From an uncultured delta proteobacterium (lineage in GTDB: Bacteria; Desulfobacterota; Binatia; UBA9968), in assembly GCA_963755715.1 (NCBI GenBank), contig CAVWLW010000004.1, positions 10,554 to 74,553 on the forward strand: a stretch of 64,000 nt of DNA, written 5' to 3'. The notes under the pieces were generated by a model. That model searched no databases and was not told the origin of the DNA. It was given only the letters and a program-made list of their open reading frames with translations. Each line of letters opens with the position of its first letter. Within the stretch, counting starts at the first letter, position 1. Both the position numbers and the translations under genes were made by a program. Below are positions 42,298-51,756 of this stretch, one piece after another.

Positions 42298-43055
42298 CTA
42301 GTCTTCCAGCATAACTAATACAAACATCAATCCAACACCCACTCCAATGGCGAGCATCTGCACAACTGATTTGCCAAGGGTTGACTCCTTGTTCAACTCC
42401 GGCACTAAGTCGGAACCGGCGATATATATGAAGCCGCCAGCGGCGAGCGGCAACATTATGCTGGAAAACTCGGCGACTCTGGAGCCAATTGAGAGCGACA
42501 TGACGGTGCCCAGAATCGCAAACAAAGCTGATACAAAATTGAAGAACAGCGCCTTCTTCTTCGTAAAGCCGGCATAGAGCAAGACAAAAAAATTGCCCAG
42601 CTCATGTGGAATTTCGTGAAAAACCACAGCGAGGGTCGTCGCAATGCCGATGTGAAGACTGACATCATAAGAGGCGCCGATTATAACGCCGTCGATAAAA
42701 TTGTGAGCCCCATCCGCCAATAAATTCATGTAACCCACAGGATGTATAGGGTGATCGGATTCCAGCACATGTTGATGTCTCCAGAGCAGAAGTTTCTCCA
42801 GAACAAAAAAGGCAAAGATGCCCGCCAAAACCAAAACGGAGGCTTGTAGCTTATTGCCGAATCTTTCAAAGGACTCCGGCAAAAGGTGAATGAAAGCGTC
42901 GCCGAACAAGCCGCCGACGGCCAGACTGACCATGAAAAATATGATGCGCTTTAGCTTCTCCTCGGCGACTGAGATGAACGCGAGGCCGATGAGCGAGAGC
43001 AGGCTTACCAAAATGACGCTGGCGAGGCTATAAGTCCAAACCGCAGACGTGACAT
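42298..43055 (-). CDS. ZIP family metal transporter (frameshift just after ATG 43055)
   Basis: DAFIHLLPE, DGAHNFIDG, HEIPHELG, AAGGFIYIAGSDLVPE. Confidence 0.9.
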
Positions 43056-43062
43056 CCTCTTT

Positions 43063-44515
43063 TCATCCCGCGAACAGATCCTGCACGATTGCTTTTATTG
43101 CATCCGTAGATGCCTGACCGAGATTCGTCGCGCTGGGCGTAGGAATGGCGCGTTGCACGCGGCGTTCCCACACGATCGCGCCGTCATCAATGCGCACGAG
43201 CTTGAAATCCACCAGAGCGCGCACGAACTTTTGCGTCTCGCCTTCCCAGCGCCAGATCTCAGTTACGAAAACCATACCCGAGAGTTTTCCCTCGCGAGCG
43301 ATGCGTGTCGCTCCTGCGCTGTCGGCGGGAAATGCCGGAAAGCGCGCATCTTTATCCTCGGGAAGAGAAATCTGAAAGCCTTTTTGCCCGAGTTCAGTTT
43401 GCAGGTTCTGGCGCAGCAGATCCATCACGCTCTGTCGATAGTCTTCAGGCAATACCTTGCCAGCCATCTCTGCTAGCGAACGAAGCGGATTGTTCGATGG
43501 CAAGAGCAGCGGCAGCGCCGTGCTGTTTTTTACCTTAGCGAGCCAAAGCTGTTCGGCGTGAATCGCTTTGGCCTCGGGAACCGGCGGCGCCGCGGTTTTG
43601 ACGCTGCAAGCACTTAGCGATAGAGCAACACCAGATCAACGCAAGCAGCGCTGGACGCATTCTCTTCGAGATGCGGCTCAGCCCGTAAGCCAAAAAGATC
43701 AGGCAGCATCCGAGAGCCACGTCCGTCGGTCCTAAAGGGAGATCCAACCGGACTGAGCTATAGAAACCCAAAAAGGCCATGACCAATCCTAACGCTGAAG
43801 AAACTACGAGGAAAGAACTCATCCGGCTAACCAACGGTTTTGCGGCTAGCGCCGGTAGCACCAAAAAGCCGAAAATCAGCAGCGGTCCCGCCATAATCAC
43901 ACCGAAGGCGATGATCAAGCCGGCGAGAAGATAGAGCAAGATGTCCCAAACCACCTGGCGACCTTTCAGCAAAAATGCCAAGTCTCTGTCGAAAGACGTC
44001 AAGAGAAATTCTCGGCGGAAGAGAAGCATAGACACCAGAACCATCCCAAACACCGCGACCAAAAGTCTTAGTTCGGCTTTCGACAGCGCGATCACTTCGC
44101 CCTTTAGTAGATTGAGAACTTCGATCTGACCGGCAGGATTAAAAACCATGAACAAGATCGTCAAGGCGCCGGCGAAAGCATAAGCGGCCGCAAGGCGGCC
44201 CTCCGCTAAGCCTTTGCCGCGCTGTTCCAAATAGCCGAGCAGTCCCATGCCGAGAAAAGTAAAAGCAAGTGATCCGACCATTGCGACGCCTCGTTCGCTC
44301 TGTCCCATTTGCGGCAAGAGTCCGGCCTGCTGCATCCAGAAAGTAAAAGCGACGCCTGCCGCGGCGATTTCCGGGAGTGTCAAACCGAGAAATACCGTGC
44401 GCCTAAGAACGAGGAAAGACCCGACGAGCGGACAAACCAAACCCATGATCATTGTGCCGACTAGCGCGGGGAAAAGGAGATATGAGGGATTGACGATTTC
44501 AAACAACATGCTCAT
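43063..44515 (-). CDS. Metal ABC permease (ZnuB/MntB type) apparently fused to a periplasmic DUF799-like domain; frameshift at about 43625
   Basis: G.FLVLRR.VF, SFD, GPLLIFGFLVLPA. The alternate frame continues LSACSVKTAAPP...SNNPLRSLAE... to 43063. Confidence 0.75.
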
Positions 44516-45240
44516 AGGTGAAGACGTGCCTTTCTTTCGTCCAACCAGATCCGGCCTTTATCAATGCGCATGATACTGTCGGCCACACGTTGCACCATCT
44601 CAAGGTCGTGGCTGGAAAAAAATACTGCCAGACCCTTTTCGCGGGTAAGCTTGGATTAGTAGATCGGCGATGCTTCGCCGGGACTCTTCATCGACGCCGG
44701 ATAGCGGCTCGTCTAAAACCATGATCTTCGGGTTCACCATCAATGCACGGGCAATCAGCACCGTTGTTTTTGCCCGCCGGAAAGGGCAAAAAAGATTTCG
44801 CCGCAATCTGCTGCAATACCAATCTGCTGCACAATTTGCTTTGGCTTTGCTCCTTTTCGCCGCCGGGCAGAAATTTAAACGGATGGACGCGGCCGTAAGC
44901 GCCCATCTCCACGATCTCCGAGGCGCTCAGAGGAAATTGCGGGTCGAGCGTCGCGCTTTGCGGCACGTAACCAAAGTTCGCCAGCGGGCAACCGCGCGAC
45001 AGAGGACACCGTCCGACGGCGCCAAAAGACCCAGAATCGTCCTGAACAGCGTTGTCTTGCCGGAGCCGTTCGGTCCGGCCAGGCCGACGAGCTCCCGGCA
45101 TAGATCTTGACGTTGACGTCATGCAGCACCGGCGCTGAATCGTAGCCGAGGCTGGCATTTTCGAGAGCAACCAGAGCGGCAAGCTTGGTGATCGACTTCT
45201 CCGCCCCGGCACTCTCGCGTGCATCGAATATCCATCTCAA
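44512..45240 (-). CDS. Metal ABC ATPase (ZnuC type), several frameshifts
   Basis: [30 protein letters not shown]...[10 protein letters not shown] spread across frames; stop overlaps the permease start. Confidence 0.8.
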
Positions 45241-45249
45241 GGTTGGCTT

Positions 45250-46186
45250 TCATAGAATTAGACTCACCGCCTGAACCAAGCTACGAACCGTATAGTCGAT
45301 CCATTTGATGTAGGTGTCGGTTTCCGGCTGACCCCCGCCACCGCTGTACAGGCGCAAGCTTTGATCCCGGTTTCGCTGGCGATCTGCTTGGGCAATCGTG
45401 GATTCTGCGCGCCATAAATTAACAACTGCGCTTTTTCTTGCTTGATCTGCTGGGTCAGCTCGACAATATGATTCGGCGTCGGTTCGACGCCGGGCTTTAT
45501 TTCGACGCTGCCGATCCGCTTCATGCCATATCGATCGGCAAGATAGACCCACTCCGGATGGTACTCGACATATTTGACGCCGCGCAACGGCGCCGCCATT
45601 TTGTCCCAACGTCCGATCCAGGTGTCCAATTCAGCGAGATACGCTTTCAGATTTTTTTCCAACGTCGGCTGATGTTGAGGAAAATTCACGAGAGAGACCG
45701 GCGGCGATATTCTGCAGCGACGATTTCGCTCTAACCGGATCTAAAAGATAATGCGGATTGCCCTTGGGATGAAGATCACCTTCCGCGCGGTCGACACGCG
45801 TAGGCGCATCGAGCACGGTGATTCCAACGGAGCAATCGATATAACCCGGCCGCCCAAAAAATTTTAGGGTTGTTGGCGACCTCCAAGAGCGCCGGTATCC
45901 AGGCGTGCTCATCGTCTAGACCGATCAGGATCAGCACGTCGGCCCGGTTCAACCGGGGTACAAAGCTCGGTTTCATCGGCACACCATGAGGATCTTCGAC
46001 CCCAGTCGCCAGAGTATCCACACTCACCAGCTCTTTCCCGACCTGCTTGGCGATATCCGCCAAAGCCGGCCACGTCGCGACGACACGGATCTGCTGCGCG
46101 AAAATTACGCCCGTTTCAAGAGAAAGAAATACAAGAGTTAGAAGAATCGTTTTCCAGCTTCTACAACTGAACAATTTCATCTTCAT
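45250..46186 (-). CDS. Metal ABC solute-binding protein (TroA/ZnuA family), several frameshifts
   Basis: Signal peptide, EDPH, GDLHPKGNPHYLLDP, YH..W.Y, EIKPGVEPTPNH; AAGGAG RBS. Confidence 0.85.
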
Positions 46187-46209
46187 AAATGAACTCCTTC
46201 GCAAACTCC

Positions 46210-47457
46210 TTAACGACCAAGAAATCCGTGGGTGTGGGCGCCGATAACTGTCGTCCATTGCAGAAAGATTTGATTGCCGTTCTCGGCTTTGGACGCGCCG
46301 CGAAAATTGTTGTTCAAGTAATAGTATTCAAGGCGCAGTCGGTTAAATTCGCTGAGATTCCAGGTGAGATATGGCGAGTAGCTCATGGTCCGTTGCCCGG
46401 GGCATCAACGATCGGAGCGTAGTCGACTTGGAATCCCGTCGACCAATTCTTGTTGAGCTTCAGATCGGCGTAAGTGTAGCCACCATATGATTTACTGCGG
46501 TTGGCGTGTCATCAGTTGGAAAACGTTGATTGTTAAAATAGAACTCACTCCCAAAATCACGCCCTGGTAAACCGCACTGTTAAGCGGTTGATAGCGATAG
46601 GTCAAATCAATACCGTTAAGAACTCGATTGCCGCCGCCGCTATCGCCGGCAAGCGCACCGAAGGCGTATAGGCCATGGTCGTGCCCAGCTCGACGCTGTG
46701 GTTATCGGTAAGATCGAAGTAGGTGCTCAGCCTGCCGAGGTATGTAAATTGGCTCCACGAGCGCGATTTGCATTGCTGACTGGTCATTGTCCTCGCCGAT
46801 CTTGTTATACCCCCCTAATGTCGCGCGCAAGAAAAACGGTGTCGGAAACAAATAATTGACTTCCACTCCGTCCGCCTGCGTTTCGCCACCAATCATCCGT
46901 TGGACGGATAGTGGCTCATTTACGAAAGGCAACTCGTGCTCGTGAACTTTGGGAAACCGCCCAAAATCGGCCAGAAACCGACCTGCCTTGACCGTCAAGT
47001 TGTAAGGAAGAGAACTTGTGATTGCGGCGGCTTCGTCGATCTCTACGCCATCCTTTGTGCCGTTGATAAAACTATACATTCTTGCAAACGGGTCCACGGA
47101 AGCTGCAATTCCCAGCTCTGCGCTGCGGAAATCAAAATTGCCTCCGGCTTTGCCAAGATTTTGCACATTGGCATCGAGCACGAGTCCCATGGACGGATTC
47201 AGCGCCGTCGGCGCACTTTGAACCGCCTGGACTGATTTCTCCACTTCTCCGATTCGCGCCGAGCTGGAAGATTTTTCCTTTTCCAATTGGTCAATCCTTT
47301 CCAAAGCTTTTTGCATCTGCTGCTCCATGCCCTTGACCGTGGCCCGCAGAGATTCCAACTCCGAACTTTGCGCCAGGCCAGCCGTTGGAACAAAAAATAT
47401 TAAACCCCATAGGGTAAATGCCGCGCTTCGCCGCGCCGATGCTGATAGAGATACCAT
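46210..47457 (-). CDS. Outer-membrane beta-barrel/porin-like protein of metal-ABC operons, several frameshifts
   Basis: Signal peptide, coiled coil, AELGIAASVDPF, KAGRF..FG...HEH; C-terminus FLQWTTVIGAHTHGFLGR* at 46210; AGGGAGG RBS. Confidence 0.7.
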
Positions 47458-47567
47458 GTCGAGACCTCCCTCCAAGCCAAACCAGCCGCCCTCTTATTAA
47501 AAGAACCGCGACGATAGAAGGCAGACGATGTAGTTATGCTGTGATAATTCCGATTTCGAACCGGGAA

Positions 47568-47887
47568 CTACAGGGAGGTCAAAGAAGGCGGTCCTCGAAC
47601 GTGCTGCTGTGCCGACTCCTCTTCCAGCCAAACAGCAACAGGAAGATCGGCGACTTGAGAGATGCAAAGTTGTGGGACTATGGTTAAGGGACTCGCAGTT
47701 GGAGCCAATTGAGCGCGGGTGCCCTGAAGACAACTACAGTCCTTAGTAACTTGCGATACGATCGAAAAATGAAAATGGAGAGGAAGGAAAAAACAAACAC
47801 AAGAGCCAGCGCGCTGATAACCTGCCGGCTCCCGAGCGTTTTTCGCATTCCCGGAAGATGCATGGCATCGAACCTAAACAATGTCAT
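47568..47887 (-). CDS. RGPP-type leader/arrest peptide (DUF2946/CruR-like), hidden by a 1-bp deletion in A6 at 47788-47793
   Basis: Adding one T gives ...ALVFVFFLPLHFHFSIVSQVTKDCSCLQGTRAQ...QHVRGPPSLTSL* (106 aa), a paralog of 50076-50369. Confidence 0.78.
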
Positions 47888-48011
47888 CCCTGATGTCAAC
47901 GAACCGCACGCCCTCGAAAAAACCTCCGACGATCGGACACCGTAACCGCGGGATTAGATCGGTCAAAGCAGTCACAGATAAGCTGATTCAGTGACCGATT
48001 GTTGTGACCAA

Positions 48012-48584
48012 TCAATGAAAAATCTCCCGCATGACCGTCTCGGCTACGATAACATTAGCTTGGCCCGTTAATACGACGCCATAAACTGGGACCGGGCGGG
48101 AGGGACGGTGTACCTGCCACAGTACCCCGCCGGTTTTCGGATCCACCATCACCGCGTCCAGCGCCACGATTACGCCGTCGGCTTTCATGCCGCGACTGTC
48201 CGGCGTCGGCTCCCAGCGCCGCACTTCGATGTAGAGGGCCATCGCGTCAAGGTTGGCCTCGCGCAGAATCTGCGCTGCCATCTCTGGGCTAGTGGGCACA
48301 CGATCCTTGGTTGCCACTTTCACCGCACTCGGACTGAGGACTTCGAATCCTTTCTCCGCAAGTCTTATGCGAGCTTGCTGGGCGAGAACATCTCCCACAG
48401 TCATGTTTTGCAAAACAGGGGGACCGCTGTCTGCGCCGGTGCGAGCCTCGACGGCGCCAGCTTGGTAGGTTGGAAGCACCGCGATTCGATGAAGGTTCTG
48501 CGGCAAAGGAGTAACCACTGCTGGCGCGCATGCGACTGCTCCGAATAATCCGGCGATCAGTACGATTTTGAGCATGAACATCAT
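48012..48584 (-). CDS. DUF799/GNA1162-like lipoprotein
   Basis: AVAC lipobox, RIAVLP, L.EKGFEV, DPKTG.VLW. Confidence 0.7.
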   Translation of the reverse strand: MMFMLKIVLIAGLFGAVACAPAVVTPLPQNLHRIAVLPTYQAGAVEARTGADSGPPVLQNMTVGDVLAQQARIRLAEKGFEVLSPSAVKVATKDRVPTSPEMAAQILREANLDAMALYIEVRRWEPTPDSRGMKADGVIVALDAVMVDPKTGGVLWQVHRPSRPVPVYGVVLTGQANVIVAETVMREIFH

Positions 48585-48621
48585 GCTGATTCGAAAGTCG
48601 TGTGTTTGTGACACGAACAAA

Positions 48622-48922
48622 TCATTCAGACGGAGGGTCTTGCGGCTTGCTGTAATCCCTTCGCCTAGCCCGCCAGTCATCGTTTATTCCATTGAAAATT
48701 CCATCCGGAAAGCAGTGACACATCCCTGATCCGCCAAAGAACTTTTTATTCGCCACCTCGCACTCTTCCAGAGAGCTGTACCACTCGACCGCACGCGATT
48801 CCGTTTCCTTCATGTCTGTTCCCAACGGATGAATATGACATGAAGTCAGCCGCCCAAACGGCGTTAAAGGACCACGAGAGGCCAAGCCCGGCGAAGGTAA
48901 ACAATCTGAATCCGAACATCAT
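48622..48922 (-). CDS. Small secreted Cys/His protein (probable frameshift at about 48840)
   Basis: ATG abuts the NlpC stop (TGAATG); signal-like MMFGFRLF...VWAADF, then CHIHP...EEC...CHCFPD in the shifted frame. Confidence 0.5.
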
Positions 48923-49405
48923 TCAGCCTTCCTCCGAGTCCACAATCCGGCGTGCGCCCAGAAAATGTTTGACGTACCACGGCTGATTCAGATCCGTGAT
49001 GATGACGTATCCGGCTTTTTTCTCGGCGTGGACAAACCGGTTGTTGCCGATATAAAGGCCGACGTGATCCGGCGTTACGCCGTTAGAAGAAAAAAATAAC
49101 AGGTCACCTGTTCGCAGGTTCTCGACCGCGATGTCTTGCCCGGAGTGAAATTGTTCGCGGGAAGTCCGTGGCAGCTCTATGTTTAACTTAGCAAAAAGCG
49201 CTTTAACCAAACCGGAGCAATCCATCCCGCTGCGCTCCGACATCCCTCCCCACCGGTAGGGCAATCCGAGAAAATGCCGCGCCGCGCTCGCTAATTTGTC
49301 ACGAAGCGGTTGCCGAACAGGAGTCCATTCGTCGGCAAAGTTTGTTCCCTTCGTGGCGAGCAGTAAACTCAATAGAAGCAATAAGATGATCATTTGTTTT
49401 TCCAT
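48923..49405 (-). CDS. NlpC/P60 (C40) peptidase
   Basis: Signal peptide, GLPYRWGG, DCSG, LPRTS..Q, GDLLFF, HVGLYIG, FVHA. Confidence 0.92.
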   Translation of the reverse strand: MEKQMIILLLLLSLLLATKGTNFADEWTPVRQPLRDKLASAARHFLGLPYRWGGMSERSGMDCSGLVKALFAKLNIELPRTSREQFHSGQDIAVENLRTGDLLFFSSNGVTPDHVGLYIGNNRFVHAEKKAGYVIITDLNQPWYVKHFLGARRIVDSEEG

Positions 49406-49470
49406 TGCAAATCTCCAAAGTTTGAAAGACTACTTTTTTTCTCGCGGATGAATCCGCGGCGGCAACCTCA

Positions 49471-49953
49471 TCAACACGCTGAAGAGCCCTGTGATGACGA
49501 CGAAGACCGGCGCCACTTGGCACGCTTGCTACCGAAAGTGGACTCCGGCTCATGCGAGCCGCACTCCCCGCAAAGTCGGCACAAGCGCCGATTTAGAAAA
49601 TGGCCCGCGGCCAAAACCAGCGTTCCGGAGATAACGATCGGGGTCTCGTATCGTTCGTCAACCCAGAAGTGTCCGGAGCTGATCAACGCCACGGCCGAGA
49701 CAAGAAAAACAAAACCGTGAAAACGTCGGTGATAGCGGAATCCCCAAGTAAAACTGCTGACCGCTAGAATGACTGAAGTCGCGACAAAGATTTTCTCGAC
49801 ACCTTCACCCAGAAGAAAACCCAAACCTAAAAGCGGCAACACTCCGACGAGCAGCGGAAAAACCGAACACTGAATGGCGCAGGCGATCGAGACCGTAGTA
49901 CCTAGCGAATCGATCCAAGAGGATGGCGCCACGGCATAATCATTTTTAGCCAT
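49471..49953 (-). CDS. MerC-domain membrane protein
   Basis: GGAGG RBS and MAKND start; D.LG...S.ACAIQC...P, 4 TM, AAGH..N, C-terminal CRLCGECGSHE. Confidence 0.8.
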   Translation of the reverse strand: MAKNDYAVAPSSWIDSLGTTVSIACAIQCSVFPLLVGVLPLLGLGFLLGEGVEKIFVATSVILAVSSFTWGFRYHRRFHGFVFLVSAVALISSGHFWVDERYETPIVISGTLVLAAGHFLNRRLCRLCGECGSHEPESTFGSKRAKWRRSSSSSQGSSAC

Positions 49954-50075
49954 GAAATTCCTCCAATCGGCGCAAAGCCGACGAATGCAGAACGGGCCGC
50001 GGGAGCCATGCGATCGGAGCGCACATGGCTCCGTTCTCTCAAAAATTAACTGAAAAGGGAGAAATGAAGATCGGG

Positions 50076-50369
50076 CTACGAAACTGGCGGCGCACGAATA
50101 GATAGGAAGCTGACGACAACTTGTGAAACAAGCTGTGACTGCAAAGACTGGTACAGAACAAACTGTAACGGGACTGCCCACTGGACCAAGACGGGAACGA
50201 CTCCCGTTTGTGCGCGGGTGCCGTGGTGGCAGGCGCATTCGTGATTGATATTCGCTGCGGCCGTGGCGGCGTGAAAATGAAGCGGCAGGAAGAAAACCGC
50301 AAGAACCAGAAAAATTGTGATCGAGCGCCGTCGAAGCGCGAGTTCGGACAGGAATCGCTCGATGATCAT
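50076..50369 (-). CDS. RAPP-type leader/arrest peptide (DUF2946/CruR-like)
   Basis: 97 aa: basic N-region, TM, LPLHFH, HECACHH, GTRAQ, ends IRAPPVS*. Confidence 0.82.
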   Translation of the reverse strand: MIIERFLSELALRRRSITIFLVLAVFFLPLHFHAATAAANINHECACHHGTRAQTGVVPVLVQWAVPLQFVLYQSLQSQLVSQVVVSFLSIRAPPVS

Positions 50370-50374
50370 ACGCC

Positions 50375-50403
50375 CTGATAACCTGGCGCTTGGCGCTTGT
50401 CAA
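50375..50403 (-). promoter_or_regulatory. Candidate sigma70 promoter giving a leaderless leader-peptide mRNA
   Basis: TTGACA-17 bp-TATCAG, then 5 nt to the ATG with no SD; the -10 element is imperfect. Confidence 0.45.
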
Positions 50404-50561
50404 AGCATTGGACGGCAATTTTTTTGCCACGCGACGAATTCTACAGGTCTTTCGCGGTTGGTGAATGCTACGTCAACGGAGTAAGATCAGGGCGCTTTCG
50501 CTGATCTAAGATCGGAAAGTAACAATCGAATGCCGCGCAAGCGGGCTGGCCATGATGACTG

Positions 50562-50590
50562 TGTAAACCTCCTGGGCATTGGCGCGTCTA
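50562..50590 (+). promoter_or_regulatory. ECF sigma promoter
   Basis: TGTAAAC-16 bp-CGTCTA (AAC/CGT pattern) upstream of the operon containing the ECF sigma. Confidence 0.65.
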
Positions 50591-50637
50591 AGGCCATTAG
50601 ACCGCATCAAAACTTCAAGAAACAGGGGGATTTAGGT

Positions 50638-51078
50638 ATGATCAACGGAAAATCGCTTTGCGCCACTGGGGTGCTCGCCGCGGCGCTGGCAATAGCCGCT
50701 TCGCCGGTGCTAGCCGCCGAAGGGACGATCACCGGGCCAGAGAGGCATGAGTTACGCCATGACCGGCGCGAGATTCGGCGTGATCGAAGAGAAATTCATG
50801 GCGACCGCAGAGAGATTCGTGGCGATCGGAACGAGCTCCAAGGTGATCGCCGCGAATTAGTCCGAGACCGCCACGAACTGCGCCACGATATTAAGAGCGG
50901 CGCCGGCAAAGCAGAGATCGCTCAGGACGTGAAGGAAGTCCGTCAAGACCGCCGAGAGATCGTCGGCGACAAGGTGGATCTTGCCCGAGACGCGAAGGAT
51001 ATTCACGGCGATCGCCGGGAGCTGCGCCAAGACCGCGGAGAATTTCGCCGCGACGCAAAGGACGCGCTGAGGAATTAA
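50638..51078 (+). CDS. Secreted heptad-repeat (xDRREI/LR) protein
   Basis: Signal peptide (...VLA-AE) followed by many 7-aa repeats; 21-bp periodic DNA. Confidence 0.8.
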   Translation: MINGKSLCATGVLAAALAIAASPVLAAEGTITGPERHELRHDRREIRRDRREIHGDRREIRGDRNELQGDRRELVRDRHELRHDIKSGAGKAEIAQDVKEVRQDRREIVGDKVDLARDAKDIHGDRRELRQDRGEFRRDAKDALRN

Positions 51079-51189
51079 CGGGGAGCGAGCGTGACTCCGA
51101 ATGAACCGGCGGTATCGACCCTCGCCGCCCGCGCCCCTTTCTCCATCTTTTCCGGTGCGCCGGCAATATCGAAAGCTAGGAGTCGCTTG

Positions 51190-51753
51190 GTGAATCCCGG
51201 AGACGAGGAGTTAGTGGCGCGGGCCCAGCAGGGCGACCGCCGTGCGTTCGAGGAACTCGTGGAACGCCATAAACAGAAGGCCTATTACATCGCCTTTGAT
51301 TTTTCGCGCGACCGCGAAGACGCCAAGGACCTGTCGCAAGAGGCGTTTTTGAAAGCTTTTACGAATCTCAAAAAATTTGACGGGCGATCGAGCTTTTATA
51401 CCTGGTTTTACCGCATCCTCGTTAACCTCTGTCTGGATTACAAGCGCCGCCAAAAACGGGCTCCGACGGATACCTTTGACGAGACCCTGGAGAGCCACAT
51501 GGAACCTTCCCACGAACCTAAAAAACCGCGATCGCCCGATCAACAAGTTTTCGCCGGGCAGATTTCGCGCCGGGTTGGCGAAGCGCTCGAAGCCCTGCCG
51601 GCCAGGCAGCGAACTGCGTTCATACTAAAAAATCATCAAGGGCTGTCGATCAAAGAAATCGCCGAGTTAATGGAGACCGCGGAAGGCACGGTCAAAGTGC
51701 ACCTGCACCGCGCGGTGACGGCGCTCAGACAGAGCCTGGCGGAATTCGCCTAG
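51190..51753 (+). CDS. ECF RNA polymerase sigma factor
   Basis: DAKDLSQEAFLKA, FYTWFYRILVNLCLD, region 4 SIKEIAE..GTVKVHLHRA; AGGAG before GTG 51190. Confidence 0.92.
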   Translation: MNPGDEELVARAQQGDRRAFEELVERHKQKAYYIAFDFSRDREDAKDLSQEAFLKAFTNLKKFDGRSSFYTWFYRILVNLCLDYKRRQKRAPTDTFDETLESHMEPSHEPKKPRSPDQQVFAGQISRRVGEALEALPARQRTAFILKNHQGLSIKEIAELMETAEGTVKVHLHRAVTALRQSLAEFA

Positions 51754-51756
51754 GAG

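Noticed and set aside
47961-48009. Nested GGTCA/GTCAC inverted repeats as a Zur box or riboswitch
   Set aside because: No match to known consensus; may be a simple hairpin after the lipoprotein gene.
49471-49953. Mercury resistance operon
   Set aside because: No merA, merR, merT or merP; MerC-domain proteins occur widely in other metal contexts.
50740-51060. 21-bp periodic repeats as a CRISPR array or VNTR
   Set aside because: Degenerate, in frame, no spacers; explained by the heptad protein.
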